Source: Eledone cirrhosa
Taxonomy: Eukaryota
NCBI GenBank assembly: GCA_964016885.1
Contig: OZ024743.1
Coordinates: 199,144,001-199,208,000, forward strand
DNA length: 64,000 bases
Direction of reading: 5' to 3'
Of this stretch, positions 39,560-51,500 are shown piece by piece. Each line of letters begins with the position of its first letter. Positions within the stretch are counted from its first letter, which is position 1. The notes beneath the pieces are model-generated. The model was not told the origin of the DNA. It searched no databases and saw nothing but the letters and a program-made list of their open reading frames with translations. The position numbers and the translations under genes were made by a program.

Positions 39560-42500
39560 GGGGAAGTGGTGTGGGAGAGCAGTGTGGGAGAGTGATGTGG
39601 GTGTAGCAGTGTGGGAGAGTGGTGTGGGAGAGTGCTGTGGAAGAGCAGTGTGGGGTAGCAGTGTGGGAGAGCGGTGTGGGAGAGTGGTGTGGGGTAGCAG
39701 TGTGGGAGAGTGGTGAGGGGTAGCGGTGTGGGAGAGTGGTGTGGGGTAGCAGTGTGGGAGAGTGGTGTGGGAGAGTGGTGTGGGGTAGCGGTGTGGGAGA
39801 GTGGTGTGGGAGAGTGGTGTGGGAGAGTGGTGTGGGGTAGCAGTGTGGGAGAGTGGTGTGGGGTAGCAGTGTGGGAGAGTGGTGTGGGAGAGTGGTGTGG
39901 GAGAGTGGTGTGGGGTAGCGGTGTGGGAGAGTGGTGTGGGAGAGTGGTGTGGGAGAGTGGTGTGGGAGAGTGGTGTGGGAGAGTGGTGTGGGGTAGCGGT
40001 GTGGGAGAGTGGTGTGGGAGAGTGGTGTGGGAGAGTGGTGTGGGGTAGCAGTGTGGGAGAGTGGTGTGGGGTAGCAGTGTGGGAGAGTGGTGTGGGAGAG
40101 TGGTGTGGGAGAGTGGTGTGGGGTAGCGGTGTGGGAGAGTGGTGTGGGGTAGCAGTGTGGGAGAGTGGTGTGGGGTAGCAGTGTGGGAGAGTGGTGAGGG
40201 GTAGCAGTGTGGGAGAGTGGTGTGGGGTAGCAGTGTGGGAGAGTGGTGTGGGGTAGCAGTGTGGGAGAGTGGTGTGGGAGAGTGGTGTGGGGTAGCGGTG
40301 TGGGAGAGTGGTGTGGGAGAGTGGTGTGGGAGAGTGGTGTGGGGTAGCAGTGTGGGAGAGTGGTGTGGGGTAGCAGTGTGGGAGAGTGGTGTGGGAGAGT
40401 GGTGTGGGAGAGTGGTGTGGGGTAGCAGTGTGGGAGAGTGGTGTGGGGTAGCAGTGTGGGAGAGTGGTGAGGGGTAGCGGTGTGGGAGAGTGGTGTGGGG
40501 TAGCAGTGTGGGAGAGTGGTGTGGGGTAGCAGTGTGGGAGAGTGGTGTGGGGTAGCAGTGTGGGAGAGTGGTGTGGGGTAGCAGTGTGGGAGAGTGGTGT
40601 GGGAGAGTGGTGTGGGAGAGTGGTGTGGGAGAGTGGTGTGGGAGAGTGGTGTGGGGTAGCAGTGTGGGAGAGTGGTGTGGGAGAGTGGTGTGGGGTAGCA
40701 GTGTGGGAGAGTGGTGTGGGGTAGCAGTGTGGGAGAGTGGTGTGGGAGAGTGGTGTGGGGTAGCAGTGTGGGAGAGTGGTGTGGGAGAGTGGTGTGGGAG
40801 AGTGGTGTGGGGTAGCAGTGTGGGAGAGTGGTGAGGGGTAGCGGTGTGGGGTAGCAGTGTGGGAGAGTGGTGTGGGGTAGCAGTGTGGGAGAGTGGTGTG
40901 GGAGAGTGGTGTGGGAGAGTGGTGTGGGGTAGCAGTGTGGGAGAGTGGTGTGGGGTAGCAGTGTGGGAGAGTGGTGTGGGAGAGTGGTGTGGGAGAGTGG
41001 TGTGGGGTAGCAGTGTGGGAGAGTGGTGTGGGGTAGCAGTGTGGGAGAGTGGTGTGGGGTAGCAGTGTGGGAGAGTGGTGTGGGAGAGTGGTGTGGGAGA
41101 GTGGTGTGGGAGAGTGGTGTGGGGTAGCAGTGTGGGAGAGTGGTGTGGGAGAGTGGTGTGGGAGAGTGGTATGGGAGAGTGGTGTGGGAGAGTGGTGTGG
41201 GGTAGCAGTGTGGGAGAGTGGTGTGGGGTAGCAGTGTGGGAGAGTGGTGTGGGGTAGCAGTGTGGGAGAGTGGTGTGGGAGAGTGGTGTGGGGTAGCAGT
41301 GTGGGAGAGTGGTGTGGGGTAGCAGTGTGGGAGAGTGGTGTGGGGTAGCAGTGTGGGAGAGTGGTGAGGGGTAGCGGTGTGGGGTAGCAGTGTGGGAGAG
41401 TGGTGTGGGGTAGCAGTGTGGGAGAGTGGTGTGGGAGAGTGGTGTGGGAGAGTGGTGTGGGGTAGCAGTGTGGGAGAGTGGTGTGGGGTAGCAGTGTGGG
41501 AGAGTGGTGTGGGGTAGCAGTGTGGGAGAGTGGTGTGGGGTAGCAGTGTGGGAGAGTGGTGTGGGAGAGTGGTGTGGGAGAGTGGTGTGGGGTAGCAGTG
41601 TGGGAGAGTGGTGTGGGGTAGCAGTGTGGGAGAGTGGTGTGGGGTAGCAGTGTGGGAGAGTGGTGTGGGGTAGCGGTGTGGGAGAGTGGTGTGGGGTAGC
41701 AGTGTGGGAGAGTGGTGTGGGAGAGTGGTGTGGGAGAGTGGTGTGGGGTAGCAGTGTGGGAGAGTGGTGTGGGAGAGTGGTGTGGGGTAGCGGTGTGGGA
41801 GAGTGGTGTGGGAGAGTGGTGTGGGAGAGTGGTGTGGGGTAGCAGTGTGGGAGAGTGGTGTGGGGTAGCAGTGTGGGAGAGTGGTGTGGGGTAGCAGTGT
41901 GGGAGAGTGGTGTGGGAGAGTGGTGTGGGAGAGTGGTGTGGGGTAGCAGTGTGGGAGAGTGGTGTGGGGTAGCAGTGTGGGAGAGTGGTGTGGGGTAGCA
42001 GTGTGGGAGAGTGGTGTGGGGTAGCAGTGTGGGAGAGTGGTGTGGGGTAGCAGTGTGGGAGAGTGGTGTGGGGTAGCAGTGTGGGAGAGTGGTGTGGGGT
42101 AGCAGTGTGGGAGAGTGGTGTGGGGTAGCAGTGTGGGAGAGTGGTGTGGGGTAGCAGTGTGGGAGAGTGGTGTGGGGTAGCAGTGTGGGAGAGTGGTGTG
42201 GGGTAGCGGTGTGGGGTAGCAGTGTGGGAGAGTGGTGTGGGGTAGCAGTGTGGGAGAGTGGTGTGGGAGAGTGGTGTGGGAGAGTGGTGTGGGGTAGCAG
42301 TGTGGGAGAGTGGTGTGGGGTAGCAGTGTGGGAGAGTGGTGTGGGGTAGCAGTGTGGGAGAGTGGTGTGGGGTAGCAATGTCGGAGAGTGGTGTGGGGTA
42401 GCAGTGTGGGAGAGTGGTGTGGGAGAGTGGTGTGGGAGAGTGGTGTGGGGTAGCGGTGTGGGAGAGTGGTGTGGGGTAGCAGTGTGGGAGAGTGGTGTGG

Positions 42501-45500
42501 GAGAGTGGTGAGGGGTAGCAGTGTGGGAGAGTGGTGTGGGGTAGCAGTGTGGGAGAGTGGTGTGGGAGAGTGGTGTGGGAGAGTGGTGTGGGGTAGCAGT
42601 GTGGGAGAGTGGTGTGGGGTAGCAGTGTGGGAGAGTGGTGTGGGGTAGCAGTGTGGGAGAGTGGTGTGGGGTAGCAGTGTGGGAGAGTGGTGTGGGAGAG
42701 TGGTGTGGGGTAGCAGTGTGGGAGAGTGGTGTGGGGTAGCAGTGTGGGAGAGTGGTGTGGGGTAGCAGTGTGGGAGAGTGGTGTGGGAGAGTGGTGTGGG
42801 GTAGCAGTGTGGGAGAGTGGTGTGGGGTAGCAGTGTGGGAGAGTGGTGTGGGGTAGCAGTGTGGGAGAGTGGTGTGGGGTAGCAGTGTGGGAGAGTGGTG
42901 TGGGGTAGCAGTGTGGGAGAGTGGTGTGGGGTAGCAGTGTGGGGTAGCGGTGTGGGGTAGCAGTGTGGGAGAGTGGTGTGGGGTAGCAGTGTGGGGTAGC
43001 GGTGTGGGGTAGCAGTGTGGGAGAGTGGTGTGGGGTAGCAGTGTGGGAGAGTGGTGTGGGGTAGCAGTGTGGGAGAGTGGTGTGGGGTAGCAGTGTGGGA
43101 GAGTGGTGTGGGGTAGCAGTGTGGGAGAGTGGTGTGGGGTAGCAGTGTGGGAGAGTGGTGTGGGGTAGCAGTGTGGGAGAGTGGTGTGGGGTAGCAGTGT
43201 GGGAGAGTGGTGTGGGGTAGCAGTGTGGGAGAGTGGTGTGGGGTAGCAGTGTGGGAGAGTGGTGTGGGGTAGCAGTGTGGGAGAGTGGTGTGGGGTAGCA
43301 GTGTGGGAGAGTGGTGTGGGGTAGCAGTGTGGGAGAGTGGTGTGGGGTAGCAGTGTGGGAGAGTGGTGTGGGGTAGCAGTGTGGGAGAGTGGTGTGGGGT
43401 AGCAGTGTGGGGTAGCGGTGTGGGGTAGCAGTGTGGGAGAGTGGTGTGGGGTAGCAGTGTGGGGTAGCGGTGTGGGGTAGCAGTGTGGGAGAGTGGTGTG
43501 GGGTAGCAGTGTGGGAGAGTGGTGTGGGGTAGCAGTGTGGGAGAGTGGTGTGGGGTAGCAGTGTGGGAGAGTGGTGTGGGGTAGCAGTGTGGGAGAGTGG
43601 TGTGGGGTAGCAGTGTGGGAGAGTGGTGTGGGGTAGCAGTGTGGGAGAGTGGTGTGGGGTAGCAGTGTGGGAGAGTGGTGTGGGGTAGCAGTGTGGGAGA
43701 GTGGTGTGGGGTAGCAGTGTGGGAGAGTGGTGTGGGGTAGCAGTGTGGGAGAGTGGTGTGGGGTAGCAGTGTGGGAGAGTGGTGTGGGGTAGCAGTGTGG
43801 GAGAGTGGTGTGGGAGAGTGGTGTGGGAGAGTGGTGTGGGGTAGCAGTGTGGGAGAGTGGTGTGGGGTAGCAGTGTGGGAGAGTGGTGTGGGGTAGCGGT
43901 GTGGGAGAGTGGTGTGGGGTAGCAGTGTGGGAGAGTGGTGTGGGAGAGTGGTGAGGGGTAGCGGTGTGGGGTAGCAGTGTGGGAGAGTGGTGTGGGAGAG
44001 TGGTGTGGGGTAGCAGTGTGGGAGAGTGGTGTGGGAGAGTGGTGAGGGGTAGCAGTGTGGGAGAGTGGTGAGGGAGAGTGGTGTGGGGTAGCAGTGTGGG
44101 AGAGTGGTGAGGGGTAGCGGTGTGGGAGAGTGGTGTGGGAGAGTGGTGTGGGGTAGCAGTGTGGGAGAGTGGTGAGGGGTAGCGGTGTGGGAGAGTGGTG
44201 TGGGAGAGTGGTGTGGGGTAGCAGTGTGGGAGAGTGGTGTGGGAGAGTGGTGTGGGGTAGCAGTGTGGGAGAGTGGTGTGGGGTAGCAGTGTGGGAGAGT
44301 GGTGTGGGAGAGTGGTGTGGGGTAGCAGTGTGGGAGAGTGGTGTGGGGTAGCAGTGTGGGAGAGTGGTGTGGGGTAGCAGTGTGGGAGAGTGGTGTGGGG
44401 TAGCAGTGTGGGAGAGTGGTGTGGGAGAGTGGTGTGGGAGAGTGGTGTGGGGTAGCAGTGTGGGAGAGTGGTGTGGGAGAGTGGTGTGGGGTAGCGGTGT
44501 GGGAGAGTGGTGTGGGAGAGTGGTGTGGGGTAGCGGTGTGGGAGAGTGGTGTGGGGTAGCGGTGTGGGAGAGTGGTGTGGGGTAGCAGTGTGGGAGAGTG
44601 GTGTGGGGTAGCAGTGTGGGAGAGTGGTGTGGGAGAGTGGTGTGGGGTAGCGGTGTGGGAGAGTGGTGTGGGGTAGCAGTGTGGGAGAGTGGTGTGGGAG
44701 AGTGGTGTGGGAGAGTGGTGTGGGGTAGCAGTGTGGGAGAGTGGTGTGGGAGAGTGGTGTGGGGTAGCGGTGTGGGAGAGTGGTGTGGGAGAGTGGTGTG
44801 GGGTAGCGGTGTGGGAGAGTGGTGTGGGGTAGCGGTGTGGGAGAGTGGTGTGGGGTAGCAGTGTGGGAGAGTGGTGTGGGGTAGCAGTGTGGGAGAGTGG
44901 TGTGGGAGAGTGGTGTGGGGTAGCGGTGTGGGAGAGTGGTGTGGGAGAGTGGTGTGGGGTAGCGGTGTGGGGTAGCAGTGTGGGAGAGTGGTGTGGGAGA
45001 GTGGTGTGGGGTAGCAGTGTGGGAGAGTGGTGAGGGGTAGCGGTGTGGGAGAGTGGTGTGGGGTAGCAGTGTGGGAGAGTGGTGTGGGAGAGTGGTGTGG
45101 GGTAGCAGTGTGGGAGAGTGGTGTGGGGTAGCAGTGTGGGAGAGCGGTGTGGGAGAGTGGTGTGGGGTAGCAGTGTGGGAGAGTGGTGTGGGAGAGTGGT
45201 GTGGGAGAGTGGTGTGGGAGAGTGGTGTGGGAGAGTGGTGTGGGGTAGCAGTGTGGGAGAGCGGTGTGGGAGAGTGGTGTGGGGTAGCAGTGTGGGAGAG
45301 CGGTGTGGGAGAGTGGTGTGGGGTAGCAGTGTGGGAGAGTGGTGTGGGAGAGTGGTGTGGGGTAGCAGTGTGGGAGAGTGGTGAGGGGTAGCGGTGTGGG
45401 AGAGTGGTGAGGGGTAGCGGTGTGGGAGAGTGGTGTGGGAGAGTGGTGTGGGGTAGCAGTGTGGGAGAGTGGTGTGGGGTAGCAGTGTGGGAGAGCGGTG

Positions 45501-48500
45501 TGGGAGAGTGGTGTGGGGTAGCAGTGTGGGAGAGTGGTGTGGGGTAGCAGTGTGGGAGAGTGGTGTGGGAGAGTGGTGTGGGGTAGCGGTGTGGGAGAGT
45601 GGTGTGGGGTAGCAGTGTGGGAGAGTGGTGTGGGGTAGCAGTGTGGGAGAGTGGTGTGGGAGAGTGGTGTGGGAGAGTGGTGTGGGGTAGCAGTGTGGGA
45701 GAGTGGTGTGGGAGAGTGGTGTGGGAGAGTGGTGTGGGAGAGTGGTGTGGGGTAGCAGTGTGGGAGAGTGGTGTGGGAGAGCGGTGTGGGAGAGTGGTGT
45801 GGGGTAGCAGTGTGGGAGAGTGGTGTGGGAGAGTGGTGTGGGGTAGCGGTGTGGGAGAGTGGTGTGGGGTAGCAGTGTGGGAGAGTGGTGTGGGAGAGTG
45901 GTGTGGGGTAGCAGTGTGGGAGAGTGGTGTGGGGTAGCAGTGTGGGAGAGTGGTGTGGGAGAGTGGTGTGGGAGAGTGGTGTGGGGTAGCAGTGTGGGAG
46001 AGTGGTGTGGGAGAGTGGTGTGGGAGAGTGGTGTGGGAGAGTGGTGTGGGGTAGCAGTGTGGGAGAGTGGTGTGGGAGAGTGGTGTGGGAGAGTGGTGTG
46101 GGAGAGTGGTGTGGGGTAGCAGTGTGGGGTAGCGGTGTGGGAGAGTGGTGAGGGGTAGCGGTGTGGGAGAGTGGTGTGGGGTAGCAGTGTGGGAGAGTGG
46201 TGTGGGGTAGCAGTGTGGGAGAGTGGTGTGGGAGAGTGGTGAGGGGTAGCGGTGTGGGAGAGTGGTGAGGGGTAGCGGTGTGGGAGAGTGGTGAGGGGTA
46301 GCGGTGTGGGAGAGTGGTGAGGGGTAGCAGTGTGGGAGAGTGGTGTGGGAGAGTGGTGTGGGGTAGCAGTGTGGGAGAGTGGTGAGGGGTAGCAGTGTGG
46401 GAGAGTGGTGTGGGAGAGTGGTGTGGGGTAGCAGTGTGGGAGAGTGGTGAGGGGTAGCAGTGTGGGAGAGTGGTGTGGGAGAGTGGTGTGGGGTAGCAGT
46501 GTGGGAGAGTGGTGAGGGGTAGCAGTGTGGGAGAGTGGTGTGGGAGAGTGGTGTGGGGTAGCAGTGTGGGAGAGTGGTGAGGGGTAGCAGTGTGGGAGAG
46601 TGGTGTGGGAGAGTGGTGAGGGGTAGCGGTGTGGGAGAGTGGTGTGGGAGAGTGGTGTGGGGTAGCAGTGTGGGAGAGTGGTGTGGGAGAGTGGTGTGGG
46701 GTAGCAGTGTGGGAGAGTGGTGAGGGGTAGCAGTGTGGGAGAGTGGTGTGGGAGAGTGGTGTGGGGTAGCAGTGTGGGAGAGTGGTGTGGGGTAGCAGTG
46801 TGGGAGAGTGGTGTGGGGTAGCAGTGTGGGAGAGTGGTGTGGGGTAGCGGTGTGGGAGAGTGGTGAGGGGTAGCAGTGTGGGAGAGTGGTGTGGGAGAGT
46901 GGTGTGGGGTAGCAGTGTGGGAGAGTGGTGTGGGGTAGCGGTGTGGGAGAGTGGTGTGGGGTAGCAGTGTGGGAGAGTGGTGTGGGGTAGCAGTGTGGGA
47001 GAGTGGTGTGGGAGAGTGGTGTGGGGTAGCAGTGTGGGAGAGTGGTGTGGGGTAGCGGTGTGGGAGAGTGGTGTGGGGTAGCGGTGTGGGAGAGTGGTGT
47101 GGGGTAGCAGTGTGGGAGAGTGGTGTGGGAGAGTGGTGTGGGGTAGCAGTGTGGGAGAGTGGTGTGGGGTAGCGGTGTGGGAGAGTGGTGTGGGGTAGCA
47201 GTGTGGGAGAGTGGTGTGGGGTAGCAGTGTGGGAGAGTGGTGTGGGAGAGTGGTGTGGGGTAGCAGTGTGGGAGAGTGGTGTGGGGTAGCGGTGTGGGAG
47301 AGTGGTGTGGGGTAGCGGTGTGGGAGAGTGGTGTGGGGTAGCAGTGTGGGAGAGTGGTGTGGGAGAGTGGTGTGGGGTAGCAGTGTGGGAGAGTGGTGTG
47401 GGGTAGCGGTGTGGGAGAGTGGTGTGGGGTAGCAGTGTGGGAGAGTGGTGTGGGGTAGCGGTGTGGGAGAGTGGTGTGGGGTAGCGGTGTGGGAGAGTGG
47501 TGAGGGGTAGCAGTGTGGGAGAGTGGTGTGGGAGAGTGGTGTGGGGTAGCAGTGTGGGAGAGTGGTGTGGGGTAGCGGTGTGGGAGAGTGGTGTGGGGTA
47601 GCAGTGTGGGAGAGTGGTGTGGGGTAGCAGTGTGGGAGAGTGGTGTGGGAGAGTGGTGAGGGGTAGCGGTGTGGGAGAGTGGTGTGGGGTAGCAGTGTGG
47701 GAGAGTGGTGTGGGGTAGCAGTGTGGGAGAGTGGTGTGGGAGAGTGGTGAGGGGTAGCGGTGTGGGAGAGTGGTGTGGGGTAGCAGTGTGGGAGAGTGGT
47801 GTGGGGTAGCAGTGTGGGAGAGTGGTGTGGGGTAGCGGTGTGGGAGAGTGGTGTGGGGTAGCAGTGTGGGAGAGCGGTGAGGGGTAGCGGTGTGGGAGAG
47901 TGGTGAGGGGTAGCGGTGTGGGAGAGTGGTGTGGGAGAGTGGTGTGGGGTAGCAGTGTGGGAGAGTGGTGTGGGGTAGCAGTGTGGGAGAGTGGTGTGGG
48001 AGAGTGGTGTGGGGTAGCAGTGTGGGAGAGTGGTGTGGGGTAGCAGTGTGGGAGAGTGGTGTGGGAGAGTGGTGTGGGGTAGCGGTGTGGGGTAGCGGTG
48101 TGGGAGAGTGGTGTGGGGTAGCAGTGTGGGAGAGTGGTGAGGGGTAGCGGTGTGGGAGAGTGGTGAGGGGTAGCGGTGTGGGAGAGTGGTGTGGGAGAGT
48201 GGTGTGGGGTAGCAGTGTGGGAGAGTGGTGTGGGGTAGCAGTGTGGGAGAGTGGTGTGGGAGAGTGGTGTGGGGTAGCAGTGTGGGAGAGTGGTGTGGGG
48301 TAGCAGTGTGGGAGAGTGGTGTGGGAGAGTGGTGAGGGGTAGCGGTGTGGGAGAGTGGTGTGGGAGAGTGGTGTGGGGTAGCGGTGTGGGAGAGTGGTGT
48401 GGGAGAGTGGTGTGGGGTAGCAGTGTGGGAGAGTGGTGTGGGGTAGCGGTGTGGGAGAGTGGTGTGGGGTAGCAGTGTGGGAGAGTGGTGTGGGAGAGTG

Positions 48501-51500
48501 GTGAGGGGTAGCGGTGTGGGAGAGTGGTGTGGGAGAGTGGTGTGGGGTAGCAGTGTGGGAGAGTGGTGTGGGGTAGCGGTGTGGGAGAGTGGTGTGGGGT
48601 AGCAGTGTGGGAGAGTGGTGTGGGAGAGTGGTGAGGGGTAGCGGTGTGGGAGAGTGGTGTGGGAGAGTGGTGTGGGAGAGTGGTGAGGGGTAGCAGTGTG
48701 GGAGAGTGGTGTGGGGTAGCAGTGTGGGGTAGCAGTGTGGGAGAGTGGTGTGGGAGAGTGGTGAGGGGTAGCAGTGTGGGGTAGCAGTGTGGGAGAGTGG
48801 TGTGGGAGAGTGGTGTGGGGTAGCAGTGTGGGAGAGTGGTGTGGGGTAGCAGTGTGGGAGAGCGGTGTGGGAGAGTGGTGAGGGGTAGCGGTGTGGGAGA
48901 GTGGTGTGGGGTAGCAGTGTGGGGTAGCAGTGTGGGAGAGTGGTGTGGGAGAGTGGTGAGGGGTAGCAGTGTGGGGTAGCAGTGTGGGAGAGCGGTGTGG
49001 GAGAGTGGTGTGGGGTAGCAGTGTGGGAGAGCGGTGTGGGAGAGTGGTGAGGGGTAGCGGTGTGGGAGAGTGGTGTGGGAGAGTGGTGAGGGGTAGCGGT
49101 GTGGGAGAGTGGTGTGGGAGAGTGGTGTGGGAGAGTGGTGAGGGGTAGCAGTGTGGGAGAGTGGTGTGGGGTAGCAGTGTGGGGTAGCAGTGTGGGAGAG
49201 TGGTGTGGGAGAGTGGTGAGGGGTAGCAGTGTGGGGTAGCAGTGTGGGAGAGCGGTGTGGGAGAGTGGTGTGGGGTAGCAGTGTGGGAGAGCGGTGTGGG
49301 AGAGTGGTGAGGGGTAGCGGTGTGGGAGAGTGGTGTGGGGAGAGTGGTGTGGGAGAGTGGTGTGGGGTAGCAGTGTGGGAGAGTGGTGTGGGAGAGTGGT
49401 GTGGGGTAGCGGTGTGGGAGAGTGGTGTGGGGTAGCGGTGTGGGAGAGTGGTGTGGGGTAGCGGTGTGGGAGAGTGGTGTGGGGTAGCAGTGTGGGAGAG
49501 CGGTGTGGGAGAGTGGTGAGGGGTAGCGGTGTGGGAGAGTGGTGTGGGGTAGCAGTGTGGGAGAGCGGTGTGGGAGAGTGGTGAGGGGTAGCGGTGTGGG
49601 AGAGTGGTGTGGGGTAGCAGTGTGGGAGAGCGGTGTGGGAGAGCGGTGTGGGAGAGTGGTGTGGGAGAGTGGTGTGGGAGAGTGGTGTGGGAGAGTGGTG
49701 TGGGAGAGTGGTGTGGGGTAGCGGTGTGGGAGAGTGGTGTGGGGTAGCAGTGTGGGAGAGCGGTGTGGGAGAGTGGTGAGGGGTAGCGGTGTGGGAGAGT
49801 GGTGTGGGGTAGCAGTGTGGGAGAGTGGTGTGGGGTAGCAGTGTGGGAGAGCGGTGTGGGAGAGCGGTGTGGGAGAGTGGTGTGGGAGAGTGGTGTGGGA
49901 GAGTGGTGTGGGAGAGTGGTGTGGGAGAGTGGTGTGGGGTAGCAGTGTGGGAGAGCGGTGTGGGAGAGTGGTGTGGGGTAGCGGTGTGGGAGAGTGGTGT
50001 GGGGTAGCAGTGTGGGAGAGTGGTGTGGGGTAGCAGTGTGGGAGAGTGGTGTGGGAGAGTGGTGTGGGGTAGCGGTGTGGGAGAGTGGTGTGGGGTAGCA
50101 GTGTGGGAGAGTGGTGTGGGGTAGCAGTGTGGGAGAGTGGTGTGGGAGAGCGGTGTGGGAGAGTGGTGTGGGAGAGTGGTGTGGGGTAGCGGTGTGGGAG
50201 AGTGGTGTGGGGTAGCAGTGTGGGAGAGCGGTGTGGGAGAGTGGTGAGGGGTAGCGGTGTGGGAGAGTGGTGTGGGGTAGCAGTGTGGGAGAGTGGTGTG
50301 GGGTAGCAGTGTGGGAGAGCGGTGTGGGAGAGCGGTGTGGGAGAGTGGTGTGGGAGAGTGGTGTGGGAGAGTGGTGTGGGAGAGTGGTGTGGGGTAGCGG
50401 TGTGGGAGAGTGGTGTGGGGTAGCAGTGTGGGAGAGTGGTGTGGGAGAGCGGTGTGGGAGAGTGGTGTGGGAGAGTGGTGTGGGGTAGCGGTGTGGGAGA
50501 GTGGTGTGGGGTAGCAGTGTGGGAGAGCGGTGTGGGAGAGTGGTGAGGGGTAGCGGTGTGGGAGAGTGGTGTGGGGTAGCAGTGTGGGAGAGTGGTGTGG
50601 GGTAGCAGTGTGGGAGAGCGGTGTGGGAGAGTGGTGAGGGGTAGCGGTGTGGGAGAGTGGTGTGGGGTAGCAGTGTGGGAGAGTGGTGTGGGAGAGCGGT
50701 GTGGGAGAGTGGTGTGGGAGAGTGGTGTGGGAGAGTGGTGTGGGGTAGCGGTGTGGGAGAGTGGTGTGGGGTAGCAGTGTGGGAGAGCGGTGTGGGAGAG
50801 TGGTGAGGGGTAGCAGTGTGGGAGAGTGGTGTGGGAGAGCGGTGTGGGAGAGTGGTGAGGGGTAGCGGTGTGGGAGAGTGGTGTGGGGTAGCAGTGTGGG
50901 AGAGTGGTGTGGGAGAGTGGTGTGGGAGAGCGGTGTGGGAGAGTGGTGTGGGAGAGTGGTGTGGGAGAGTGGTGTGGGGTAGCAGTGTGGGAGAGTGGTG
51001 TGGGGTAGCAGTGTGGGAGAGTGGTGTGGGGTAGCAGTGTGGGAGAGTGGTGTGGGAGAGCGGTGTGGGAGAGTGGTGTGGGAGAGTGGTGTGGGAGAGT
51101 GGTGTGGGGTAGCAGTGTGGGAGAGTGGTGTGGGGTAGCAGTGTGGGAGAGTGGTGTGGGAGAGCGGTGTGGGAGAGTGGTGTGGGAGAGTGGTGTGGGA
51201 GAGTGGTGTGGGGTAGCAGTGTGGGAGAGTGGTGTGGGGTAGCAGTGTGGGAGAGTGGTGTGGGAGAGCGGTGTGGGAGAGTGGTGTGGGAGAGTGGTGT
51301 GGGAGAGTGGTGTGGGGTAGCAGTGTGGGAGAGTGGTGTGGGGTAGCAGTGTGGGAGAGTGGTGTGGGGTAGCAGTGTGGGAGAGTGGTGTGGGGTAGCA
51401 GTGTGGGAGAGTGGTGTGGGAGAGTGGTGTGGGGTAGCAGTGTGGGAGAGTGGTGTGGGAGAGTGGTGTGGGGTAGCAGTGTGGGAGAGTGGTGTGGGAG

